Assembly: GCA_964508365.1 (NCBI GenBank)
Contig: CAZDTP010000018.1
Location: 113 to 64,112, forward strand
Reading direction: 5' to 3'
DNA: 64,000 nt
Origin: an uncultured archaeon
GTDB taxonomy: Archaea > Asgardarchaeota > Lokiarchaeia > Sigyniarchaeales > SOKP01
In this document: piece after piece, positions 1 to 7,164 of the stretch
How the letters are laid out: the number at the start of each line of letters is the position of its first letter
How positions within the stretch are numbered: position 1 is the first letter of the stretch
The notes under the pieces: model-generated
Told to the model about the DNA's origin: nothing
Seen by the model: only the letters and a program-made list of their open reading frames with translations
Databases searched by the model: none
Program-made: the position numbers and the translations under genes

Positions 1-825
1 AAGAGCTAAGCAGAGTACAGAGGAATTAAATCCGGGTATTCCGTATTCGTGAGTATCAGTTATTTGTTTGATTATCATAATATCAACACTATTAATATTT
101 CCAGCTGTATCATTTACAAAAAACATAACCAGTAAATATCCTTGTGGTATAGTTTGCCATTCTGAAAATGGTAACCAAACTATGTTATTTCCCTGACTGA
201 CTACCCAGAAGTAACACTCATCTGAGCTATTGAATATAAACCAAAATTTATGGAAATTAACATCAGAAATAGATATATTAAAATCGGGGGGCTCCTCTCC
301 TACAATAGTTCCATTCAGAGGTGAATGTATGGCTATTATGGGTCGAATTGCATCTTTTATTATTTGCAAGTCTTTGAAACCCTCCTTACCAATAGAATTG
401 TTAGCATAAAATTTTATGACTACTATTCCTTCTGGTTGCATCTGCCATAAATTCATATCGATCTCTACTGAATTTCCCGGGAACGTTTTATTTTCACCAC
501 TTCCAATAATCATATACCATGTTTGATTGATTTCATAAGTATCGTTAACATTTATTTGAACTAAAGGGGGATTGTTATAATATGAATTATTTAAAGGTGT
601 AATTATGGTTATTTCGGGTAGAGTGGAATCTCCATTTTCCATGTGTATCTGAGATTTTAAAACCAGATTTTTATTTGATTCATTCATAATTTCCCAATTA
701 ATTTGATTACGGCTTAAATTATAATAGATGAGGGGTAGAAATGTGAGGAAACATATCAATATTATTAAATACCTTACTCTTCGTTTAAATTTAGGATCAA
801 AAAAGCTATTGCCTAAATCTGCCAT
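1..825 (-). CDS. Surface/secreted protein, C-terminus cut by window edge; N-terminal signal-anchor, Asn-rich beta-rich modules, PGF-CTERM-like tail
   Basis: Own translation of the minus strand from ATG (complement of 823-825): MADLGNSFFDPKFKRRVRYLIILICFLTFLPLIYY... The frame stays open to position 1. The last residues seen, ...THEYGIPGFNSSVLCLAL, resemble a PGF-CTERM sorting signal. Absent from the ORF track because there is no stop inside the window. Confidence 0.5.
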   Translation of the reverse strand, partial: MADLGNSFFDPKFKRRVRYLIILICFLTFLPLIYYNLSRNQINWEIMNESNKNLVLKSQIHMENGDSTLPEITIITPLNNSYYNNPPLVQINVNDTYEINQTWYMIIGSGENKTFPGNSVEIDMNLWQMQPEGIVVIKFYANNSIGKEGFKDLQIIKDAIRPIIAIHSPLNGTIVGEEPPDFNISISDVNFHKFWFIFNSSDECYFWVVSQGNNIVWLPFSEWQTIPQGYLLVMFFVNDTAGNINSVDIMIIKQITDTHEYGIPGFNSSVLCLAL

Positions 826-920
826 TATATTCCAAAATTTTCTACTATGTTAAGAAATATTTATTTCAGTTTTATTTAATTATATCTTAAATTTAAAAAG
901 TTAGTTTATCTTTAAAATTG

Positions 921-1003
921 GAAAATCGATTGAGCTGTTAGAAGTGAGATAGAGGTTGGGGTTGTGTTCCGGAGTTTTAACTCCACATTTTTCTATTTTT
1001 TCC
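921..1003 (+). repeat. Intergenic element copy E1 (purine-rich C-poor arm, core, hairpin, oligo-T)
   Basis: Core GGTTGGGGTTGTGTTCC at 954-970. Hairpin GGAGTTTTAACTCC at 971-984. T-rich run at 988-1001. Shares GAAGTGAGAT.GA.GGTT and TGTGTTCCGGAGTTTT(C)AACTCCA with E2. Confidence 0.6.
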
Positions 1004-1100
1004 TGAATTAAATTAATTTCGATCATATTTTTTCTTGGTTTTTAAATTTGCGATGAGAAATTTTGGTAATAAGAAATAAAAAAGGACAAACTGAGAAAAA

Positions 1101-1265
1101 TTGCCAAAATGCTTTCATTGTGGGGAACTCGGTTCTGATTTAACAACTTGTCATACTTGTTTGCATAGTTATTGTAAATTTCACATTGATCCCGTTGTTC
1201 ACGAGTGTAGCCTTATTCTTGAGTCTCGTAAGTTGCAGCACGAGTATAATGTAAGATTCCTATAG
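1101..1265 (+). CDS. AN1-type zinc-finger mini-protein (54 aa), TTG start
   Basis: Own translation: (M)PKCFHCGELGSDLTTCHTCLHSYCKFHIDPVVHECSLILESRKLQHEYNVRFL. It fits C-x2-C-x9-C-x2-C-x4-C-x2-H-x5-H-x-C, the full AN1 pattern. An in-frame TGA at 1092-1094 leaves TTG 1101 as the only possible start. Below the ORF-track size cut-off. Confidence 0.5.
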   Translation: MPKCFHCGELGSDLTTCHTCLHSYCKFHIDPVVHECSLILESRKLQHEYNVRFL

Positions 1266-1412
1266 TGAGTCATATTCGTATCACCTTTCTGTCCTTGTGG
1301 TTGAATTTCTGGAAACTCATTGAATATTTCAGTCAATTTTACTTGAAGTTTTTGTTTAAATTCTCTGGAAAAAGAATCAGATTCTTTTTCAAAAAATCAA
1401 TCTGGAGCTTCT

Positions 1413-1934
1413 TTAACCCGCAATATCAGAACCACAAGAGGGACAAATAGATATGCCCGTTTTAACGCTATTTCCACATTCTGGACAAACACTGCCAATT
1501 TGTAAGGTCTTGAAGAAATCTTCTTTTTTAATCTTTAGTTCAGCTAGCATTCCAGGAGATCTTTTTTTAGCACTAATATAACTTACTAGCAAACATACAA
1601 ATAAAAAGGTAGGAATGGGACTTGATGCGAGTAACCCAAATCCTGCGGCTGGAATATGTGATATAAAAACTAAGCCTAGAATAACTAAAGTTAGAATTAT
1701 CGGTAGTAAAATACTAAAAGCTATATAGTAACCACGTGGTGAGTAACTGTATTTTTTCATTTCATAATCATAATAACATGGCATGCAAAACTCATGCTGA
1801 GTAGCATATTGGCTCTCTTTGACACCATGAGTTATGCTAATTGGTTTTTTGCATTCTATGCATATCATCTTGTCACATTTTTCACATTTTGTTGTTGCTT
1901 CTCTATCTGGATGATAATAACATTTTAAACTCAT
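1413..1934 (-). CDS. Membrane protein with N-terminal B-box-like and C-terminal zinc ribbons
   Basis: N-terminus CYYHPDREATTKCEKCDKMICIECKK. Two central hydrophobic helices. C-terminus CPECGNSVKTGISICPSCGSDI. TATA-like TTTTTATA lies about 30 nt upstream of the ATG. Confidence 0.6.
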   Translation of the reverse strand: MSLKCYYHPDREATTKCEKCDKMICIECKKPISITHGVKESQYATQHEFCMPCYYDYEMKKYSYSPRGYYIAFSILLPIILTLVILGLVFISHIPAAGFGLLASSPIPTFLFVCLLVSYISAKKRSPGMLAELKIKKEDFFKTLQIGSVCPECGNSVKTGISICPSCGSDIAG

Positions 1935-2021
1935 ACTTATTTTTTAGACGCGCGTGTATAAAAATGTAAGTATTTCTTGAAAAAATTTTATTAAAGACAC
2001 AAGGCTTTATTCCCAAATACG

Positions 2022-2240
2022 GAGTTGAAAGTGAATCTTATAACTTCTTATTCGAAGACGGAAAGTAACAAGGTAACCAAAGTAAGGTTCAGGCTTAGAG
2101 CGGAAAGGTTTGTGTTGAGTGGTAGACGATGCGTGTTTGGAAAGTTTGTTTTGCGAAGTTGAGAGATAAGAAGTGAGATGGAAGGTTTGTATTTTGGTGG
2201 GAATGTGTTCCGGAGTTTTCAACTCCATACTTTTTTATTT
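2022..2240 (+). repeat. Intergenic element copy E2 (longest copy)
   Basis: Strongly C-depleted, G-rich arm at 2030-2200. Core GGTGGGAATGTGTTCC at 2196-2211. Hairpin GGAGTTTTCAACTCC at 2212-2226. Oligo-T at 2231-2240. GGAGTTGAAA at 2022-2031 is complementary to 2217-2226. Confidence 0.6.
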
Positions 2241-2278
2241 TATATTATCTTTTTATTCTAAAGAAGGCGGTGTTTTTT

Positions 2279-2404
2279 ATGGGTGAGAATGAGAACCAGT
2301 ATCGGCTGTTAGGTTCGTTGTATGTATTTTTAGGGCTTTGGTTCTTATTGTATTTTACAAATAGTAATTCAGTTAGTTTTTCTTTATTTGGGTATTATGG
2401 TTGA
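2279..2404 (+). CDS. Small single-pass membrane protein (41 aa), hypothetical
   Basis: Own translation: MGENENQYRLLGSLYVFLGLWFLLYFTNSNSVSFSLFGYYG. ATG is preceded by the SD-like GAAGGCGGTG with a 7-nt spacer. Lies directly downstream of E2. Below the ORF-track cut-off. Confidence 0.35.
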   Translation: MGENENQYRLLGSLYVFLGLWFLLYFTNSNSVSFSLFGYYG

Positions 2405-2505
2405 GGACCCGAGAAAACATCGAATAATGCCATGTGTTGATTTTCAATTTCTTTTGTCCACCATGATAAATACTTCCTAAATTTTGTAATGATAGTTTAA
2501 TTTAA

Positions 2506-3360
2506 TTAGGTTTTCAAGAACTCCATAATTAGTTTATTAATTTCCGGTGCCCTTGAGAGAGGAGAACTATGGCCTGCTTTGTCAATAACGGTTAGCTTGC
2601 TGTTTGGAATGACGTCATGCATTTCAATCATCGAATTACTCGAGGTTAATTTATCATGCGATGACGCAATTAATAAAGTTGGAGTTGTTATTTTTTTTAA
2701 ATCGTCTTTAGTTATCCGTTGTAAAAGAGCTGATGATTGATGTATTATATCTTGTGGTGTGAGAGGATTTAGGTTTTCGAACTTTATCAAGTCCTCAACC
2801 GACCATGACCCATGGAACTTTTTCTTGGGATTAGCTTTCATTTCTTTTCTAAAACCATGAGAAAACCCTAATCGTGCCCCATCCCAGAACGCCTGAACCG
2901 GATCTTTTTTCCGTGCTTCTAGGGTTTTGATATGATTATTTTTCAACATTTCTACGCCTTGATTGTCTGGTGCTCCCATGACGGTATTAATAAATATTAA
3001 CTTCTTTATTCGATTTGGATATTTGATTGCAAAGTTTTGTACAATAATTCCACCGAGTGACCACCCAATTATGTGAGATGTCTCAAGTTGGAGGTAATCC
3101 ATTAAACCTCTAACATCATCCGCAAGCATTTCGGCTGTATTTGGGATATGTGGTCGGTACGATTTTCCACCATTTCTATTATCAAAGCGTATCACCTTAA
3201 AATGTTCAGATAAAGGATAAAATTGAGCAATCCATCCTTCCTTATTACTACCAAATCCGTGAACCAAGATTACGGGCTCACCTTTCCCTCGTATTTCATA
3301 ACATATTTTAATTCCATTTACATCCGCAAATGTTTCCACCATGAAGGATCTAAACTCCAT
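2506..3360 (-). CDS. Alpha/beta-fold hydrolase
   Basis: HGFGSN oxyanion region, nucleophile elbow GWSLGG, C-terminal GH motif (DKAGHSS). Paralogous to 4824-5645. Confidence 0.8.
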   Translation of the reverse strand: MEFRSFMVETFADVNGIKICYEIRGKGEPVILVHGFGSNKEGWIAQFYPLSEHFKVIRFDNRNGGKSYRPHIPNTAEMLADDVRGLMDYLQLETSHIIGWSLGGIIVQNFAIKYPNRIKKLIFINTVMGAPDNQGVEMLKNNHIKTLEARKKDPVQAFWDGARLGFSHGFRKEMKANPKKKFHGSWSVEDLIKFENLNPLTPQDIIHQSSALLQRITKDDLKKITTPTLLIASSHDKLTSSNSMIEMHDVIPNSKLTVIDKAGHSSPLSRAPEINKLIMEFLKT

Positions 3361-3544
3361 TTAGCGTTTTATTTTTTATAGGTAATAAATAGAATTAAAC
3401 ATTTATGAAATAATGAAAAACAATAATGTTATTTTCTTTTAATCACCAATCTACTATTTAAATTCATGCATCGCTGATGAAAATTTTGCGCATGTTTTCG
3501 CAACTCTGCTATTTCGGCGTGATATATTATTGTTTTGGGGTAAT

Positions 3545-3650
3545 TGTTGGTCAATAGGTGAGGTGTATTATCGGACTTGAGGCGTGAGCTGAGCAGAGTT
3601 GTGGTGGGCGTGTGTTCTGGATTCTATTTTTTTTATTTTATGTTATTTTT
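3545..3650 (+). repeat. Intergenic element copy E3 (hairpin degenerate)
   Basis: G-rich arm ggtgaggtgtattatcggacttgaggcgtgagctgagcagagttgt. Core GGTGGGCGTGTGTTCT at 3603-3618, followed by T-runs at 3627-3650. Confidence 0.55.
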
Positions 3651-3691
3651 TTAATTCACGAATTAGGTTAATTCTTGAAATTTTGTATTGA

Positions 3692-3832
3692 ATGGTAAAT
3701 TCAAAGTTTGATTTGAAAGGAATTTTAGTTAAAAAAGATAAGATTGAATTTACTTCTGAAATCGTTGAGAAAGTATATAAGTTCGTTCCATCTGAGCAAA
3801 AATATCTTATTAATAGTTCTGGATATATCTAA
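3692..3832 (+). CDS. Small hypothetical protein (46 aa)
   Basis: Own translation: MVNSKFDLKGILVKKDKIEFTSEIVEKVYKFVPSEQKYLINSSGYI. Its start region is homologous to a decayed copy downstream of E5 (about 6984-7085), where ATG is AGG and stops interrupt the frame. Coding status is uncertain. Confidence 0.25.
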   Translation: MVNSKFDLKGILVKKDKIEFTSEIVEKVYKFVPSEQKYLINSSGYI

Positions 3833-3897
3833 ACAAAAAGGAAAAAAAAAAAGAAGTTATTATTTATACTTCAATATTGCATTTTTTCAATAAATTT

Positions 3898-4395
3898 TTA
3901 AGGAAGATATGTTTGAATTAACAACGTACTTTCCTCAATCTTATTATTCTGGAAGTTTCCCTGTATGCTTATAGTCGCAGTATGAAATCCTGGTAAAATT
4001 GTATCTATAGCCATTTGAAGTGTAACCGACCCACCTATAGCTAGATGATCACTAGAAAAGGTTACCTCTGGCGAAACAGGACTCGTTATTACAAATCCGT
4101 CTAGAACAAATCTGAATATAATAGCAGCCTCTCCAATATCAACTAATGTAGCGTATGTATTAAAAAGACCATAGACCGATTCTCCTGATTTTACCGTAAA
4201 ATTAATTGTAATTGCGTTGATAGGAATATCTGTGTAAGTTGGATTTGTGAAATGGACTCCTGAATCATATACAAACAAAGTTTTCTGAATACCACTATTT
4301 TGTTCCTGAGGGAAAATTAGAGAAATTACTCCTAACCCTAAACCCGCTATTCCAATAATAAGGGCAAAGATAGCTAACCCTTTTCCTTTTACCAC
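3898..4395 (-). CDS. Signal-anchored extracellular protein, hypothetical
   Basis: N-terminal hydrophobic helix GLAIFALIIGIAGLGLGVISLIF, followed by a beta-rich domain with no recognisable motif. Confidence 0.55.
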   Translation of the reverse strand: MVKGKGLAIFALIIGIAGLGLGVISLIFPQEQNSGIQKTLFVYDSGVHFTNPTYTDIPINAITINFTVKSGESVYGLFNTYATLVDIGEAAIIFRFVLDGFVITSPVSPEVTFSSDHLAIGGSVTLQMAIDTILPGFHTATISIQGNFQNNKIEESTLLIQTYLP

Positions 4396-4639
4396 AATAG
4401 ATTACCTCTTTCATTTTGTTTTATTATATTTATTTTTTTATCTTTTTAATTATCTTCCGCATCTGATGTATTATAAATTTTTTTGTATTTCTGTGTATTG
4501 AATTGTTATCAGACTCATTGGTATAATTATAGGGATTCTTATATGTTCTGTATTTGCCAATCTATTTGCCACATTAATCCCGTGAAAAAATTAAGTTAAA
4601 TTATTTTTTTTTCATTTTATGGATTCACTTTGACTGAAT

Positions 4640-4735
4640 CGAGTCTGTGTGAGTGGAAGGCGATAAAAGATTTGTTTCTAGATTGAAGGGTGGGAGTGTG
4701 TTCCTGAGTTTCTACTCCCTATTTTCTTTTTTTTT
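4640..4735 (+). repeat. Intergenic element copy E4
   Basis: Core GGTGGGAGTGTGTTCC at 4689-4704, an identical 16-mer to E5. Hairpin GGGAGT 4692-4697 / ACTCCC 4714-4719. Oligo-T at 4722-4735. Confidence 0.6.
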
Positions 4736-4823
4736 AAGTATGATTAAATACAAGAAGAAATTCAGGTTTCCATAAATCATTTAATATAATTCTTATTTAC
4801 TCATTTGTTAAAAAAATAAATGG

Positions 4824-5645
4824 GTGTTGGGAATACCAATATTCAAACACAATGATATTGAAATCAATTATATGATGAAAGGAAAAGGGGAGCCTTTAGT
4901 ACTCGTACATGGATTTGGTACAAAGTATCAAGGCTGGAATTTTCAAATCTCCTATTTTGAAAAAAGAATGAAAGTTATCGCATTAGATAATCGTGGAGTA
5001 GGAAAAAGTTCGCGACCAAATTATCATTATACAATGGATATGTTCGTGGATGATATTAAAGCTCTTTTAGATCATCTAAACATTCAAGATAAAATTCATT
5101 TATGTGGTATTAGTTTGGGAGGAATGATCGTTCAAAATTTTGTATTAAAATATCCAGAGAAAACAAAAACTTTAACGCTTTGTGCTACGTCAGCTTGTTA
5201 TGACCCTGGACCTTTATTTAAGAGTTTTGAATTAATAGAAGAATTGAATTTAGAAGAACGAGTTGAAGCTTTATTACCTTTTACACATTCAAGAGCCTTT
5301 ATTAGGAAATTAAAAAACGATCAAAAGTTATTTGATTCTTTTAAAGAAGATACCCTTTTTATTACTCCGATGAAGGATCCTACACGCTTTCAAGATTACA
5401 TGAATCAAGCTAATGCTATGTATACACATGATACACGTGAATTTTTAAATAAAATTAGAATTCCTACTTTAATAATTGGGGCAAATAAAGATAGATTAAT
5501 ACCTTATCCCCATCAAGAATTCTTGCATGAAAAAATTCTAAACTCACAATTAGAAATTCTCAAGGGTTGTGGTCATGCTTTTACTATAGAAATGCCTGAG
5601 AAAGTAAATGAGCTAATGTGGAATTTTATAAAAGACAATATGTAA
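4824..5645 (+). CDS. Alpha/beta-fold hydrolase
   Basis: HGFGTKYQGW, nucleophile elbow GISLGG, C-terminal CGH. GTG start as in the ORF track. Confidence 0.8.
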   Translation: MLGIPIFKHNDIEINYMMKGKGEPLVLVHGFGTKYQGWNFQISYFEKRMKVIALDNRGVGKSSRPNYHYTMDMFVDDIKALLDHLNIQDKIHLCGISLGGMIVQNFVLKYPEKTKTLTLCATSACYDPGPLFKSFELIEELNLEERVEALLPFTHSRAFIRKLKNDQKLFDSFKEDTLFITPMKDPTRFQDYMNQANAMYTHDTREFLNKIRIPTLIIGANKDRLIPYPHQEFLHEKILNSQLEILKGCGHAFTIEMPEKVNELMWNFIKDNM

Positions 5646-5715
5646 TTAAAAAAACCTAGTTATCTTTATTTTTTTTTATTATCATAATAAGAGAGATAAT
5701 ATAACTTGAAACCAA

Positions 5716-6633
5716 TCAGGCAAAACTCAATTCATAGAGTTTTTGATTTGAACTCATATCAGATTTTACATTTTTGACTACTTCAAATAAATCATCTGAA
5801 AGCTTTCTCATTTCATTTTTTGCAGCGTTTGCATGTCCTGATAGGGCGATTCTTCCAAATTCAGAGTTGAGAAGTTTAACCAGTTTTCTTTTAATAATAG
5901 ATGATGGGAACCAAGTAAACAGTTTAAATTTCTTGGGAAGAATAGGAATACTTAGCTCCTTTAACGCTTTAATGTTCTCTCGAAATCCTTGGAGTGCTAA
6001 GTCAAGGAGTTCTAAATCTGTTCCGAGCGTTTTATTTCGTTTCTTTGCGGCATAACCTCCCATCGCTAATGGACTTATAAAAGCTGCATGACTTTTTAAC
6101 CACGCATCAATATTTTCGCTCAAATCAACTTTAATTCCTGAATTTGTGAATACTTTTTCAATATTTTTTATTCGATCACTTATTGTACCATCAAGTTCCC
6201 CAAGATATAAAATAGCATCATCTACATAAGCCGCGATTATTTTATGACCTTCTCGATATCCCCCTGGACCTCCAAATCCAAGAAGGATTCTACTCTTTTC
6301 AATGCTATTTAAATATTCAGCCGCTCCTGAAGGATTATTTCCTGTAAAAATGATAATAGGACTAATATTCTCCTTTAGGATCGGTAAGATTTGACTTACT
6401 TGTTGCCGTTGCATGATTACTAAGACAATATCGTAATAATCATCTTTCTGCAATTCATCTACAACATTGACAGCTGTTTCGTATACTTTATGAAAAATGT
6501 CGTCTTGAACTATAAGCCCATGCTTCTTTAAATCTTCTAAACGCTTTCCTCTCGCAAGGATGGAAACATCATTCCCACCACTTTTAAGCTTATAGCCAAA
6601 AATGCTGCCAATTACTCCCGCACCATATATCAA
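5716..6633 (-). CDS. 2-dehydropantoate 2-reductase (ketopantoate reductase, PanE/ApbA) family oxidoreductase
   Basis: N-terminal Rossmann motif IYGAGVIGS and ApbA-like length and layout. TTG start. An in-frame upstream K-I-K-I-L suggests the real start might be a non-canonical codon a few residues earlier. Confidence 0.6.
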   Translation of the reverse strand: MIYGAGVIGSIFGYKLKSGGNDVSILARGKRLEDLKKHGLIVQDDIFHKVYETAVNVVDELQKDDYYDIVLVIMQRQQVSQILPILKENISPIIIFTGNNPSGAAEYLNSIEKSRILLGFGGPGGYREGHKIIAAYVDDAILYLGELDGTISDRIKNIEKVFTNSGIKVDLSENIDAWLKSHAAFISPLAMGGYAAKKRNKTLGTDLELLDLALQGFRENIKALKELSIPILPKKFKLFTWFPSSIIKRKLVKLLNSEFGRIALSGHANAAKNEMRKLSDDLFEVVKNVKSDMSSNQKLYELSFA

Positions 6634-6859
6634 TATTTTAATTTTTTTCCACCAAACATATAGAATTTCTTTAGCTAAATATAAATAATTGAATTTAGTA
6701 TTTAAATTTAGTCACGCCTAGATTATTATGAAAAATATTTAAAAGAATAATCCAAACGTTTTCATTCATTAATATCCATGAAGATACTTAACATTTATAA
6801 TCATTTCTCTTATCTAAAATAATGATAAAATATATAATTTAGAGTAGAAAGATTTTTAT

Positions 6860-6942
6860 TGAGCGACAGCAGTAAATGGGGCGAAATGAAGAGGCATTAT
6901 GAGAAGTTGGGAGGTGGGAGTGTGTTCCGCTTTATTTTTTTT
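6860..6942 (+). repeat. Intergenic element copy E5 (no hairpin)
   Basis: Sequence gagaagttGGGAGGTGGGAGTGTGTTCCgc. Core at 6913-6928, directly followed by tttatttttttt at 6931-6942. Contains a perfect SD-like GGAGGTG. Confidence 0.6.
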
Positions 6943-7164
6943 AAATATTATATTTTTCTATCTCAATAATTAAATTATATCATAAAATTTCGTATTAAAG
7001 GGTAAATTCCGAGTCTAACTGCTAGGAAATCCACCCAAAAATCAAAATGAATTAGATGAATCCCTTAAAATTAAAATCTGAAAAAATAGATTTAAATTTT
7101 TTTGGATGATATTAAGAGTTAAACAATTAACTTTTATATATCAAAAGGAAATTATTATACAATT

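Noticed and set aside
1265-1450. 61-aa + strand ORF
   Set aside because: It begins at the AN1 ORF stop codon (1263-1265) and runs into the antisense of the 3' end of 1413-1934. The sequence is Phe/Lys-rich and has no motif.
2022-2226. 10-nt terminal complementarity in E2 (GGAGTTGAAA ... TTTCAACTCC), suggesting MITE-like inverted repeats
   Set aside because: It is present only in E2. The other four copies lack a 5' partner, no target-site duplication is visible, and no transposase is in the window.
2007-2228. 73-aa minus-strand ORF from the track (MELKTPEHIPTK...), which starts exactly at the E2 hairpin
   Set aside because: It is the antisense of the C-depleted arm of element E2. The homologous position in E1 has a 1-nt indel that breaks the frame (GTG GAG TTA AAA CTC...), and the other copies have no equivalent ORF. 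The stop-free frame is a by-product of G-poor composition.
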